64,000 nucleotides of DNA, taken from Actinomycetota bacterium (GTDB taxonomy: Bacteria; Actinomycetota; Acidimicrobiia; Acidimicrobiales; JAMCPD01). Under the pieces are notes generated by a model that did not search any database, was not told the origin of the DNA, and saw only the letters and a list, made by a program, of their open reading frames with translations. Both the position numbers and the translations under genes were made by a program. Shown in pieces: positions 26,571 through 37,200 of the stretch; the stretch's first letter is position 1; every line of letters starts with the position of its first letter. The stretch lies in contig JAMCPD010000017.1 of NCBI GenBank assembly GCA_023379935.1, positions 2,824-66,823 of the forward strand, in the 5' to 3' direction.

Positions 26571-27320
26571 GTGAGGTCTATACGGATTATAGGTCCCGGT
26601 AGAGCCGGTATGTCACTGGCTTTGGCGTTGGAAAGATCAGGCTGGGAAGTCTTGTCGGTATTGGGACGCAGTGACTATGAAAACCAGACTGATGATTTTG
26701 TTCAAGCCTCGCACGGCGTTGATGTGCTTGCCATCACCACTCCCGATCGCCTTATCGGGCAAGTGGCTCAAGCAATAATACCGGTTGATCAAACACTGGT
26801 TATCCATTTATCCGGTTATTCGGGCCTTGAGGTGCTTGAACCCCATCCAAAAAAGGGATCCATCCATCCTGCGGTAACCTTGCCCAATTCCGACATAGGA
26901 GCAAAACGATTAAAAAGCGGTGTGTATTTTGTAGTTGACGGCGATTCCATGGTTAAAGAGATAGTGGCAACACTGGGTGGCAAAATAGTTGAACTCCAAC
27001 CGGCATCCAGAACTCTTTATCATGCCGCTTGTTGCATATCAGCGAATCATCTGGTTGCACTGTTGGGAACAGCACAAAAGTTGGCCGATACCTTAGGAGT
27101 GCCGTTTGAACTGTTTGAATCGTTGGCCAAAACAGCTTTGGAGGATGTGATCGCTGTGGGTCCCTCCCAAGCCTTGACTGGACCTCAGGCCCGCGGAGAC
27201 TCAGAAACTGTCAATGCTCACCGCTCGGTTCTTGCTTTTGACGAGTTGGAAGTATACGACGCTATGTCCAATCAAGCTTATAGGCTTGCTAATCCGGAGG
27301 TATACCCATGCAGGTACTGA
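26571..27320 (+). CDS. Rossmann-fold NAD(P)-binding protein, DUF2520-like (candidate ketopantoate-reductase-type enzyme)
   Basis: 249 aa. IRIIGPGRAGMSLALAL dinucleotide-binding motif. Occupies the conserved position immediately upstream of panC in actinobacteria. Confidence 0.7.
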   Translation: MRSIRIIGPGRAGMSLALALERSGWEVLSVLGRSDYENQTDDFVQASHGVDVLAITTPDRLIGQVAQAIIPVDQTLVIHLSGYSGLEVLEPHPKKGSIHPAVTLPNSDIGAKRLKSGVYFVVDGDSMVKEIVATLGGKIVELQPASRTLYHAACCISANHLVALLGTAQKLADTLGVPFELFESLAKTALEDVIAVGPSQALTGPQARGDSETVNAHRSVLAFDELEVYDAMSNQAYRLANPEVYPCRY

Positions 27321-28183
27321 CAACGGTAGAGGAAGTTTTGAAGACTTTAGATGCACAAAGGCACAAAAACCCCAGAGTTGGGCTGGTTCTGACGATGGGA
27401 GCGTTACATGAAGGTCACGCCAGTTTGATATCACGGGCCCGTATGGAATGTGACACAGTATTTACAACTATTTTTGTCAACCCTTTGCAGTTTGATTCAA
27501 ACCAAGACTTTAACTGCTATAACAGAGATTTGGAAAGTGACATAAAAAAAGCCGCAGATTTGGATGTCGACTATCTCTTTACGCCCTCACCTCAGGAAAT
27601 GTATCCGTCGCCATTTTTGACGCGAGTCTGGGTCAACAAACTTTCAGATATCTTAGAAGGCGCAAGTCGCATTGGTCATTTTGAGGGTGTAACAACTGTT
27701 GTCGGAAAGTTTTTTGCCATTTTTACTCCTTGCCGTGCTTATTTCGGAGAGAAGGATTATCAGCAACTTGTAATAATACAACATATGGCTAGGGATATTT
27801 TCCCTGCTATTGAGGTAGTTGCCTGTCCAACGGTACGGGCAGATGACGGTTTGGCTCTATCAAGCAGGAACATACGCCTCACCTATGAACAACGTAGCGT
27901 TGCTACAAGTATTTATAAAGCATTAACAGCCGGTAAAAATGCAATTGAACAAGGCGAACGCAAAGCCCAAGCAGTCGAACTGCTGCTTGCTGGCATGCTC
28001 AAAGATCAGCCCGGGTTGGAGGTTGATTATGCACAGGTTAGAGCATCTGACAGTTTAGATCTGATAGATCCGCTAGAAGGTAAAGTCCGTTTATTGGCGG
28101 CTGTTTTGATTTCCGGTATACGATTGATTGACAACATAGGAGTATTGATCCCGGATGATAACAGTAGTAGATATGAGCAATGA
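27308..28183 (+). CDS. panC: Pantoate--beta-alanine ligase
   Basis: 291 aa. TMGALHEGHASLI (HxGH), FGEKDYQQ, SSRN. Confidence 0.95.
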   Translation: MQVLTTVEEVLKTLDAQRHKNPRVGLVLTMGALHEGHASLISRARMECDTVFTTIFVNPLQFDSNQDFNCYNRDLESDIKKAADLDVDYLFTPSPQEMYPSPFLTRVWVNKLSDILEGASRIGHFEGVTTVVGKFFAIFTPCRAYFGEKDYQQLVIIQHMARDIFPAIEVVACPTVRADDGLALSSRNIRLTYEQRSVATSIYKALTAGKNAIEQGERKAQAVELLLAGMLKDQPGLEVDYAQVRASDSLDLIDPLEGKVRLLAAVLISGIRLIDNIGVLIPDDNSSRYEQ

Positions 28184-28216
28184 GCACAAAATAAGTAGTG
28201 AGAAAAGGAGTACTGA

Positions 28217-28582
28217 ATGCTGAGACGTATGATGAAATCCAAGATTCACAGAGCGACTGTAGTAGATGCGAATCTTGACTATGAGGGGTCAATTAGCCTT
28301 GATCCCCGGTTAATGGAGCTTGGTGACATTATGGAGTATGAGCAAGTAGCTGTTTTGGATATAAATAATGGGTCCCGATTTGAGACCTATGCTATACGCG
28401 GCAAACCCGGTGAGGTTTGCATAAACGGTGCTGCTGCGCGGTTAGTGCAGTTGTCAGACAAGGTAATTATTATTACTTATGGAGATTTCAACGAAGAGGA
28501 GTTGAAAAAGTTCAAGCCCAAGGTCATCCACGTGGATCAAAATAATAAACCCACCGGTAATGCGATCGCCGCTTTCATTTGA
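28217..28582 (+). CDS. panD: Aspartate 1-decarboxylase (pyruvoyl-dependent proenzyme)
   Basis: 121 aa. [29 protein letters not shown], with the Gly-Ser self-cleavage site. Confidence 0.95.
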   Translation: MLRRMMKSKIHRATVVDANLDYEGSISLDPRLMELGDIMEYEQVAVLDINNGSRFETYAIRGKPGEVCINGAAARLVQLSDKVIIITYGDFNEEELKKFKPKVIHVDQNNKPTGNAIAAFI

Positions 28583-30356
28583 TGTAATTATTGTTGGTAG
28601 TGGTGTAGCGGGACTGGTTGCGGCTGTTCATCTTTTATCGAATCCCGGGATCAAAGTGGGGATATTAACCAAGGGTGAGTTATCTTTATCTGCAACACAG
28701 TTGGCCCAAGGTGGAATAGCGGCTGTCTTGGGTGACAATGAAGACTCTGCTGATTTTCATTTTGCTGATACTTGTGCGGCTGGGGCGGGGCTATGTGATT
28801 TAGAGGCGGTTAGGATGATGGTGGACGAAGCTCCTGGCGTAGTGGCTAAGTTGATAGGACTTGGTGCAACCTTTGATTCTTCTTCGAGCGGCGGATTGTC
28901 CCGCTTGCTTGAGGGAGGACATTCAATGCCCAGGGTGATACATGCAAAAGGCGCAGCTACCGGTGCGGAAATAGAGAGAGCTTTAGTTGCGTACCTGAGA
29001 GGAAGTCAAGTTGCCGGTGATTTGTGTATTATGGAAAACTGCTTTGTTGTTGATCTTTTGCTTCAACAAGACCGTTGTAAAGGAGTTGTGGCACTCAATT
29101 CGTTACAAGAGATTGAGGAGGTATTTGCCCCAAACGTAATTTTAGCTACAGGCGGTACCGGACAGATGTACAGTGTTACGACCAATCCGCTTTTATCTAC
29201 AGGTGATGGTATTGCTATAGCGCTTAGAAGAGGGATACCGGTGGCTGATGTTGAGTTTGTACAGTTTCATCCAACCGCTTTGTACCACTCCTTAATGCCG
29301 CGCCCACTTTTATCAGAAGCGTTGAGAGGGCATGGCGCCAAGATCAGAGATACTAACGGAGAGCGTTTTGTTGATGAACTGCTGCCCAGAGATGCGGTGA
29401 GCCGGGCTATGGCCGTTAAAATGATTGAACAGTCTGTAGATCATTTATGGCTCGATGTTACTGAACTGGAGGATTTTTTCGATCAGTTCCCGACTATAGC
29501 TAAACTTCTAAATACACTGGGATTGGACCCTTCTTCAGAGTGGCTTCCGATAGCTCCTGCCGCCCACTACATATCAGGCGGTATAATCACCGATTTACAC
29601 GCCGCCACTGGATTGCCGGGACTGTGGGCTGTGGGTGAAACAGCTTGTACCGGTGTGCATGGCGCCAACCGCCTTGCCTCCAACTCTTTGCTGGAGGGTA
29701 TGGTATTTGCTACTCAAGCGGCACATGCAATATTGGAGGGAGTAAGCGGACCTGAACCTAATGGGGTGATGAAGGAGGTTCTGGCTGATAACGCCTCTGT
29801 TGCCAAAGAACAGGTAATCGGAGGTTTTACCGTCCCCCCCCTCTACCATGGGCATCAAAAGTTGATCACAAATCAATTTACCGCCTCAACTGAGCGTATA
29901 GCCGGTTTGCGTGATTTGCTTGAGCACACAATGACTAAGTATGTGGGAGTGTTGCGGAGTAAAGCATCACTTGTTGAAGCCGGTAATATCTTTTCTGAGT
30001 TGGAGAATGATCTGGTTAAACTTATAGATCCAAATGAGTTACAAATCTTACCCCAGCCTCAGGTGGGTCTATTTGCAACAGACAAAACTGATGAGACGGA
30101 TCTGTCTTACCCCCCCTTACCCGATTTACGGTATGGAAAACCCAGGGAGCTTTACGAACTTGTTAATTTGTTTGAGGTGGGGGTGGCAGTACTGCAAAGT
30201 GCTTACTTTAGAACTGAGACCAGGGGGTCACATGTAAGAACTGATTATCCCGATACTGATCCCGCCTGGACACGGCGGTTTATATACCCTCTTAGTTTCC
30301 AAATGCACCGCTCGGTTTCTAAAGACGTTCCTGTTTTGAGTGTGGATAATGAATAA
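28560..30356 (+). CDS. nadB: L-aspartate oxidase
   Basis: 598 aa. [16 protein letters not shown] motif, [19 protein letters not shown]. Longer than typical because of a C-terminal-half insertion. Confidence 0.9.
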   Translation: MRSPLSFDVIIVGSGVAGLVAAVHLLSNPGIKVGILTKGELSLSATQLAQGGIAAVLGDNEDSADFHFADTCAAGAGLCDLEAVRMMVDEAPGVVAKLIGLGATFDSSSSGGLSRLLEGGHSMPRVIHAKGAATGAEIERALVAYLRGSQVAGDLCIMENCFVVDLLLQQDRCKGVVALNSLQEIEEVFAPNVILATGGTGQMYSVTTNPLLSTGDGIAIALRRGIPVADVEFVQFHPTALYHSLMPRPLLSEALRGHGAKIRDTNGERFVDELLPRDAVSRAMAVKMIEQSVDHLWLDVTELEDFFDQFPTIAKLLNTLGLDPSSEWLPIAPAAHYISGGIITDLHAATGLPGLWAVGETACTGVHGANRLASNSLLEGMVFATQAAHAILEGVSGPEPNGVMKEVLADNASVAKEQVIGGFTVPPLYHGHQKLITNQFTASTERIAGLRDLLEHTMTKYVGVLRSKASLVEAGNIFSELENDLVKLIDPNELQILPQPQVGLFATDKTDETDLSYPPLPDLRYGKPRELYELVNLFEVGVAVLQSAYFRTETRGSHVRTDYPDTDPAWTRRFIYPLSFQMHRSVSKDVPVLSVDNE

Positions 30357-31242
30357 CTGTTTCTCAAATTACCGCCGCAACAATGTTGACCCGCCTATTG
30401 CCCTCATCAAAGAGGTGGTATCTAAGGCACTGGCGGAAGACTTAATGCCTCTTGGTGACCTTACCTCCTCTTTGTTCCCTGACAATCTATCCGGACGCGC
30501 CAAGATAGTTGCAAAGTCCACAGGAGTACTGGCCGGACGGTTATGTGCACAAGAGTCTTTTTACCAGTTTGATCCAAGAATTACAGTTGATTGGCAAGTA
30601 AAAGACGGAGATAGCGTTACCAAAGATGTTACAGTGGCTGCGCTGAGCGGACCTTTGGTATCGATTCTTACAGCTGAGCGTACCGCACTGAATTTTTTAT
30701 GTCATCTTTCGGGTATAGCCACTTTGACGCGTCGCTTTGTTGAACAAATCAATGATGTAAATCCCAATTGTCAAATATGGGATACCAGGAAAACAACTCC
30801 CGGGCTTAGAACTGTTGAAAAAGCTGCGGTTAGAGCAGGAGGCGGATTTAATCATCGGGGCAATCTGTCTGAAAGTATTTTGATAAAAGATAATCATGTG
30901 GCAAAACTGTCCATAGCCGACGCTGTCGCACTGGCGCGCAAATACTGGCCGGGCAAGACAGTGCAAGTGGAATGTGACACTTTGGAACAGGTTGAGCAGG
31001 CTCTTTATGCCAAAGCGTCAATTATCATGCTTGATAATATGGATCTTTCCGCAGTGAAGAGCTGTGTTGAGCTTATAAATGACAAGAGAAACAGCCAATC
31101 TCAACAGGTTCTGATTGAGGTTTCAGGCGGGGTCAATCTTGACACGGTTGGGCTTTATGCCGCCGCTGGGGTTGATGTAATCTCTGTTGGTGCTATAACG
31201 CACTCAGCGCCTATATTGGATTTGGGACTGGATATAGAATAA
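30340..31242 (+). CDS. nadC: Nicotinate-nucleotide diphosphorylase (carboxylating)
   Basis: 300 aa. ERTALNFLCHLSGIAT, DTRKTTPGLR, IMLDNM. The start is GTG 30340 or ATG 30349. Confidence 0.9.
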   Translation: MWIMNNCFSNYRRNNVDPPIALIKEVVSKALAEDLMPLGDLTSSLFPDNLSGRAKIVAKSTGVLAGRLCAQESFYQFDPRITVDWQVKDGDSVTKDVTVAALSGPLVSILTAERTALNFLCHLSGIATLTRRFVEQINDVNPNCQIWDTRKTTPGLRTVEKAAVRAGGGFNHRGNLSESILIKDNHVAKLSIADAVALARKYWPGKTVQVECDTLEQVEQALYAKASIIMLDNMDLSAVKSCVELINDKRNSQSQQVLIEVSGGVNLDTVGLYAAAGVDVISVGAITHSAPILDLGLDIE

Positions 31243-31244
31243 CT

Positions 31245-32066
31245 ATGTTATTGGCTTTAGACGTTGGCAATACACAAACTGTTATCGGACTGTTTAATTC
31301 TGTTTCTCCCGACTCCGCCCATTCCGACTCCGACTTATCCGATCCCGCCCGTTTCGAGTTGTTATTCCACTGGCGCTTGTCTACCGTTGCTGAAAGAACG
31401 GCTGACGAACATGTATTGATGTTGACACAACTGCTTGCACTGAAAGGGCTTGATGCTTTTACAGCCATAGACGGAATTGTTCTTTCTTCCACGGTCCCAA
31501 TTGTCCAAGCTGCCTTGCGTGAAATGCGAGAACGCTGGTTTCAAGTTCCTTGTGTGGTGTTGGGTCCGGGTGTTCGAACCGGTATGCCTATACTGTATGA
31601 CAATCCAAAAGAGGTTGGGCCTGACCGTATTGCAAATGCTGTAGCGGCTCTTGAGTTATATGGGGGGCCTGCGATAGTTGTGGATTTCGGTACCGCTACT
31701 ACTTTTGATGCGTTATCGGCTGACGGTGAGTATCTCGGCGGTGCCATAGCGCCGGGAATACAGGTGAGCTTGGACGCTTTGGTTGAAAAAGCTGCCGCAC
31801 TCCGGCGCGTTGAACTTCTTGAACCAAAAAATATAATAGGAAGGTCCACCGTAGAATCAATTCAGTCCGGTACACTTTTTGGTTATGCCGGCCTTGTACA
31901 AGGTTTGTGCGAACGCTTCGCTCAAGTATTAGGCAATGCCTCTGTCATTGCTACGGGCGGTATGGGTGAGTTGCTGCTGCGGTTTTGCCCGTCTATACAA
32001 CATTACGAACCATGGCTGACTTTGTATGGTTTGAAAATCATATATACAAAGAACAGTTTCGAGTAA
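31245..32066 (+). CDS. coaX: Type III pantothenate kinase
   Basis: 273 aa. MLLALDVGNTQTV, VVDFGTATTFD, GGAIAPG. Confidence 0.95.
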   Translation: MLLALDVGNTQTVIGLFNSVSPDSAHSDSDLSDPARFELLFHWRLSTVAERTADEHVLMLTQLLALKGLDAFTAIDGIVLSSTVPIVQAALREMRERWFQVPCVVLGPGVRTGMPILYDNPKEVGPDRIANAVAALELYGGPAIVVDFGTATTFDALSADGEYLGGAIAPGIQVSLDALVEKAAALRRVELLEPKNIIGRSTVESIQSGTLFGYAGLVQGLCERFAQVLGNASVIATGGMGELLLRFCPSIQHYEPWLTLYGLKIIYTKNSFE

Positions 32067-32120
32067 AGTTGTATAAATGAAATATCATCACCCATACAGT
32101 ATCTCATACTTGACAGTCCT

Positions 32121-33536
32121 ATGGTAAATGACATCCCCTACAGTTTTCACAAAACATCTGACATTCATCAAGTTATAGATCAATGGTCGTTTCTTTCCGC
32201 GACCCAAGAATCGGGACACAAAGTCAAGGTTGCCGGTCGCGTAGTTTTATCCCGACCCCAAGGTGGTTTGTCATTTGCTTCCTTACGGGATTGGACAGGT
32301 TCCATACAGCTATTTGCCTTAAAATCCGTTACTTTGAATTTTGATCAATTTTCCAAACTGAAACTTGGTGACTGGGTTGGGGTTGAAGGAGAAGTCATAC
32401 GCACCAAGAGAGGTGAACTAAGTGTAAAGGTTGAAAGTTGGGTTCTATTGGCGGATGCTATTTTAGGATTTGGTGACAAGTACAAGGGGATAAAAGACTC
32501 AGAACTGCGTATGCGCCATCGGGAAGCTGATTTGTGGGCCAATGAACGTTCGTTGGAACTGCTTTTGCTTAGAAGTCGTCTCATAAGTTTTCTTCGCAGA
32601 TATTTGGAAAACAAGGGTTATATTGAAGTGGAAACTCCGATTTTACACCCCGTACCTTCAGGCGCGTTGGCCCGTCCCTTTGTGACTCATCACAACGCAT
32701 TGGATATGGATCTTTATCTAAGGGTAGCTCCGGAACTCTATCTGAAAAGGCTTGTAGTGGGGGGGCTCGAAAAAGTATTTGAAATAGGTCGGGCCTTTCG
32801 CAATGAAGGGCTCTCTCCCAGGCACAATCCTGAGTTCACAATTATGGAACTCTATCAAGCCTATGCAGACTATAACGACATAATGTACCTGACCGAAGAG
32901 ATTATTTCCGCCGCAGCCGTAGAAGTATACGGCAGTTCGATAATCACATATCAAGATATGCAGTTGGACCTAACCCCTCCTTGGGACAGAATAGCATTAA
33001 CCGCTCTGCTTTCTGAGGCTGTATCTGAAGATGTTAACCTTGATACACCGTTGACAGACTTAAAAAAGTTGGCAAAAAAGATCGGGGTGGATGTTGATGC
33101 ATCTTGGGGTCCCGGCAAAATAGTTGTCGAGATGTATGAAAAAGTTTGTGAACCCGATTTGTGGCGTCCAACCTTTGTATGTGATTATCCTTTGGAGGTT
33201 TCTCCGCTTGCCCGCCAACACCGCAGCAAAAAGGGTTATGTTGAACGTTTTGAGCTTATTATAGCCGGGCGTGAATTAGCCAATGCTTTTTCTGAACTAT
33301 GCGACCCCAAAGAGCAACAAAGGCGCTTCGTACAACAGAGTTCCAACTTAGCGGCAGGCGAAGAAGAAGCTATGGGTATGGACTTGGACTATGTAACGGC
33401 TTTAGAACACGGTCTTCCCCCTACGGGTGGGCTCGGAATAGGAGTGGATCGCCTTGTCATGTTGTTGGGCAATGTGACGAATATAAAAGATATAATAGCT
33501 TTTCCGACTCTAAGGCGCGAAGCACCACCGGTTTAG
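32121..33536 (+). CDS. lysS: Lysine--tRNA ligase (class II)
   Basis: 471 aa. OB-fold N-terminus. FRNEGLSPRHNPEFTIMELY (motif 2), GLGIGVDRLVM (motif 3). Confidence 0.95.
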   Translation: MVNDIPYSFHKTSDIHQVIDQWSFLSATQESGHKVKVAGRVVLSRPQGGLSFASLRDWTGSIQLFALKSVTLNFDQFSKLKLGDWVGVEGEVIRTKRGELSVKVESWVLLADAILGFGDKYKGIKDSELRMRHREADLWANERSLELLLLRSRLISFLRRYLENKGYIEVETPILHPVPSGALARPFVTHHNALDMDLYLRVAPELYLKRLVVGGLEKVFEIGRAFRNEGLSPRHNPEFTIMELYQAYADYNDIMYLTEEIISAAAVEVYGSSIITYQDMQLDLTPPWDRIALTALLSEAVSEDVNLDTPLTDLKKLAKKIGVDVDASWGPGKIVVEMYEKVCEPDLWRPTFVCDYPLEVSPLARQHRSKKGYVERFELIIAGRELANAFSELCDPKEQQRRFVQQSSNLAAGEEEAMGMDLDYVTALEHGLPPTGGLGIGVDRLVMLLGNVTNIKDIIAFPTLRREAPPV

Positions 33537-33538
33537 AA

Positions 33539-34567
33539 CTACGATAAGTACTGTTTGGGCAAGTCCTGCATCAATGCATCCGCCAAGGAAATAAGTGCAT
33601 CTCTGAGTTCAGGTATTTGGATCTTTTCCCCGGCTTGCCCAGCCAATTTCACATAGTGCAGTCCTTGGATGACGCTGTCTTTTATGGCAGGCGAAGAGGT
33701 TATTAATGCTCTGATTTTGTCTATCCCCTCCTGGTCTGCTAACTGGTCCAACGGCTTTCCCAAAAGAGAGCCGAGTTCAGCGCCTATCTCCTTGTCCTTT
33801 AGTCCGAACAGCACGGGCAACGTATAAACCCCTTCCGCCAGGTCTTGACCGGGGCGTTTTCCGAGTTCTGCTTCTGTTCCTATTATGTCCATTACATCGT
33901 CTTTTATTTGAAAGGCTATTCCGAAATTGTGCCCGTAGTTTGTTACTGTTTCCACTTGATCTCGGCTCATTTTTGCCAGCAAGGCACCTATGCGGCATGC
34001 CGTTCCCATCAAATATGCTGTTTTCCCCGATATGGCTTTAAAGTAGTTTTCATAACTTCTGGTGGTTTGATGGGCCAAGCGAACCTCTTCCATCTGCCCT
34101 TTGCAAAGTTCTCCGAGCGTTACAGCCAACAAGGCGGAAATATCAGATCCCAAGCTGGCACCCAGTTCAGCTGATTTTGCCAGTAACATATCCCCTGCAA
34201 TTATGGCACTTAGATTACCCCAACGTGAGTTTACGCTTTGAATTCCTCTTCTGGAAAGTGCTTCATCCATAACGTCATCATGGTACAAAGAACCAAGATG
34301 AATCAGCTCAACCGCGGCCGCACCAGCGAGGACGACCTCGCTTGGCATATTGGCGGAGTTAGGATCAGAACCGGCTGGTTGACAAGTTCCGCAAGCCAAG
34401 GTCAATGTAGGGCGTAGCCGTTTTCCGCCTGCATTTAACAGATGTGTGGCTATTTCATCCATAAAAGGGCTGTCGGTTGTCAGTACTTTTTTTAAGTATT
34501 TCTCCAGGTTGACCAGATTTTCTTCTAAAAATTTAAGGTTGAGGGTGTTTATTATGTCCATTTTCAT
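33539..34567 (-). CDS. Polyprenyl diphosphate synthase (trans-IPPS family; chain length unknown)
   Basis: 342 aa. First DDxxD in LYHDDVMDE, second in FQIKDDVMD. Convergent with lysS, 2-nt gap. Confidence 0.9.
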   Translation of the reverse strand: MKMDIINTLNLKFLEENLVNLEKYLKKVLTTDSPFMDEIATHLLNAGGKRLRPTLTLACGTCQPAGSDPNSANMPSEVVLAGAAAVELIHLGSLYHDDVMDEALSRRGIQSVNSRWGNLSAIIAGDMLLAKSAELGASLGSDISALLAVTLGELCKGQMEEVRLAHQTTRSYENYFKAISGKTAYLMGTACRIGALLAKMSRDQVETVTNYGHNFGIAFQIKDDVMDIIGTEAELGKRPGQDLAEGVYTLPVLFGLKDKEIGAELGSLLGKPLDQLADQEGIDKIRALITSSPAIKDSVIQGLHYVKLAGQAGEKIQIPELRDALISLADALMQDLPKQYLS

Positions 34568-34660
34568 AAAAAAGTAGCATTATTTGTTGTACTGCAGTAG
34601 CAAATGTCTCATCTTATAGGTAAACTGGTTAATAAGTAAAGTTATTTAGGAGGAAATTGG

Positions 34661-37150
34661 TTGTTTGAACGTTTTACTGACCGAGCTAGAAGAGTACTTG
34701 TGTTGGCTCAAGAAGAGGCACGCCTGTTGAATCATAGTTTTATCGGGACCGAGCACATACTTTTGGGGCTTATCCACGAAGGTGACGGAGTTGCGGCTAA
34801 GGCACTTGAATCTCTTGGTATATCTTTAGAGGTAGTTCGCAAGAAGGTGGAGGAAACGATAGGTCCGGCCGGCACCCCCCCTTCGGGATCACCCCCATTT
34901 ACTCCCCGGGCAAAGAAGGTATTGGAATTGTCGCTTCGGGAAGCTCTTCAGTTGGGACATAACTATATAGGTACAGAACATATGTTGCTTGGTTTGGTAA
35001 GAGAGGGTGAAGGTGTGGCGGCACAGGTTTTAGTTAGTTTAGGAGCCGATTTGGGTAAAGTGCGCCAACAGGTCATCCAACTGCTCTCCGGTTATCAGGG
35101 GAAAGAAACCGTAGGAGTAGGGCCGGGATCTTCTGCCGGTGACTTGCCATCGGGATCCCCCATATTGGATCAGTTTGGCCGCAATCTGACAGCACTGGCG
35201 CGTGATAAAAAACTGGATCCAGTGATTGGTCGCGAAAAAGAGATAGAAAGAGTTATGCAGGTGTTGTCACGTAGGACTAAAAACAACCCTGTATTAATTG
35301 GGGAGCCGGGTGTCGGTAAGACGGCTATTGTTGAAGGTTTAGCCCAACGTATAGTTGCTCAGGAGATACCCGAAACATTAAAAGGAAAGCAACTTTATAC
35401 TCTGGACCTCGGAGCGTTGGTGGCGGGCAGCAGATACAGGGGGGACTTTGAAGAGCGTCTCAAGAAGGTATTAAAAGAGATAAGGCACAGAGGAGACATT
35501 ATACTTTTTATTGACGAACTCCATACTCTGGTTGGAGCGGGTGCGGCAGAAGGCGCCATAGACGCGGCATCTATTTTAAAACCCCTCTTAGCCAGAGGTG
35601 AACTCCAAACTATAGGTGCCACAACTTTGGATGAATATAGGAAGCATGTTGAAAAAGATGCCGCTTTGGAAAGAAGGTTTCAACCCATAAAGGTAGAGGA
35701 ACCTACCCTTGAACAGACTATTGAAATCCTGCGAGGTTTGCGATCCGCTTATGAGGAGCATCATTCCGTTACTATTACCGATCAGGCTTTGGTGGCAGCC
35801 GCGAATATGGCAAACCGCTATATTTCTGACCGGTTTTTACCTGATAAAGCTATAGATTTACTGGACGAGGCAGGCAGTAGGTTGCGCCTGAGACGAGTTA
35901 CCGTACCACCCGAACACAAGAAGCTGCAAGATGATCTTATGCGTGTTCGCAAGGAAAAGGAAGCGGCTTTAACGCGCCAGGACCACGCCCAAGCCGAGAA
36001 ACTTTCAGGGAAAGAAAAAGAACTTTTAGGAACCAAAGAGGCTCAGGAGTTGGAGTGGAGATCCCAAGGAATAGAACTTTTTGATGTTGTTGATGAAGAT
36101 GTTATAGCAGAGGTTCTCTCTGTTTGGACGGGCATACCTGTATACAAGCTGACGGAAGAGGAAACTACAAAGCTGTTGAAAATGGAAGATGAGCTTCATA
36201 AACGGATAGTTGGTCAAGACGAGGCTTTGCAAGCTTTGTCAAGAGCCATAAGACGTACAAGGGCGGGTTTGAAAGATCCCAAACGTCCCAGCGGCTCGTT
36301 TATCTTCCTTGGTCCCACCGGCGTAGGTAAGACCGAACTGGCGAAGGCTTTGGCGGAGTTTCTTTTTGATGATGCGGATGCTTTGGTGCAGCTGGATATG
36401 AGTGAATACATGGAGAAACATACTGTAAGCAGGATGGTTGGCTCACCTCCGGGATATGTCGGTTATGATGAAGGTGGACAGTTAACTGAAGCTGTACGCA
36501 GGAAACCGTTTTCTGTGGTACTTTTTGACGAGATAGAGAAGGCCCATACAGACATCTTCAATACACTTTTGCAGATACTTGAAGACGGTCGTTTAACTGA
36601 CGCACAAGGGCGGAGCGTTGATTTTAAAAATACCGTTATAATAATGACTTCGAATCTTGGTACCGAAGAACTTAGGCGTGCTGCAGTTGGCTTTGCAAAA
36701 GCATCTGAAGCCGCAACGCATGAAAAGATGAAGGAAAGACTGAACAGTGCTCTCAAGAATCATTTCAGACCGGAATTTCTAAATCGTGTGGATGAGATTA
36801 TTGTCTTTCATGAGTTGACTACAGGTGAAATGGTACAGATAGTTGATCTGTTGATGAATAGGGTTACCGAACAGTTGGATTCACGCGGCATTGCTTTGGA
36901 GCTGACCTTGGCTGCTAAACAGTTTCTTGCCACCAAAGGTTATGACCCTGCTTTGGGCGCGCGTCCCTTGAGGCGAACAATTCAACAGCTGATTGAAGAT
37001 CCCTTAGCCGAAAAGATCTTGGAGAAACAGTTCCAAGCCGGAGACACCATCATAGCCGACTGTGTGGACTCATCTATAGTGTTTCATGCAATGGAAAGTC
37101 TTGAGCCACCGCCCTTGGAGTTTGCCGGTAGTGGACCCCAGGTTAACTGA
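34661..37150 (+). CDS. clpC: ATP-dependent Clp protease ATP-binding subunit ClpC
   Basis: 829 aa. TTG start preceded by [18 protein letters not shown]. Two Walker A boxes, GEPGVGKT and [11 protein letters not shown]-like middle region. Confidence 0.97.
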   Translation: MFERFTDRARRVLVLAQEEARLLNHSFIGTEHILLGLIHEGDGVAAKALESLGISLEVVRKKVEETIGPAGTPPSGSPPFTPRAKKVLELSLREALQLGHNYIGTEHMLLGLVREGEGVAAQVLVSLGADLGKVRQQVIQLLSGYQGKETVGVGPGSSAGDLPSGSPILDQFGRNLTALARDKKLDPVIGREKEIERVMQVLSRRTKNNPVLIGEPGVGKTAIVEGLAQRIVAQEIPETLKGKQLYTLDLGALVAGSRYRGDFEERLKKVLKEIRHRGDIILFIDELHTLVGAGAAEGAIDAASILKPLLARGELQTIGATTLDEYRKHVEKDAALERRFQPIKVEEPTLEQTIEILRGLRSAYEEHHSVTITDQALVAAANMANRYISDRFLPDKAIDLLDEAGSRLRLRRVTVPPEHKKLQDDLMRVRKEKEAALTRQDHAQAEKLSGKEKELLGTKEAQELEWRSQGIELFDVVDEDVIAEVLSVWTGIPVYKLTEEETTKLLKMEDELHKRIVGQDEALQALSRAIRRTRAGLKDPKRPSGSFIFLGPTGVGKTELAKALAEFLFDDADALVQLDMSEYMEKHTVSRMVGSPPGYVGYDEGGQLTEAVRRKPFSVVLFDEIEKAHTDIFNTLLQILEDGRLTDAQGRSVDFKNTVIIMTSNLGTEELRRAAVGFAKASEAATHEKMKERLNSALKNHFRPEFLNRVDEIIVFHELTTGEMVQIVDLLMNRVTEQLDSRGIALELTLAAKQFLATKGYDPALGARPLRRTIQQLIEDPLAEKILEKQFQAGDTIIADCVDSSIVFHAMESLEPPPLEFAGSGPQVN

Positions 37151-37200
37151 AGTTAACAAGTTAGCTGACTTTACCATTTAGGCTGTCATACCCCTGTTGT

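Noticed and set aside
34568-34660. ClgR-type operator (CGC-n5-GCG) upstream of clpC
   Set aside because: No such motif is present in the 93-nt intergenic region. There is only a 10-bp palindrome, TACTGCAGTA, of unknown meaning.
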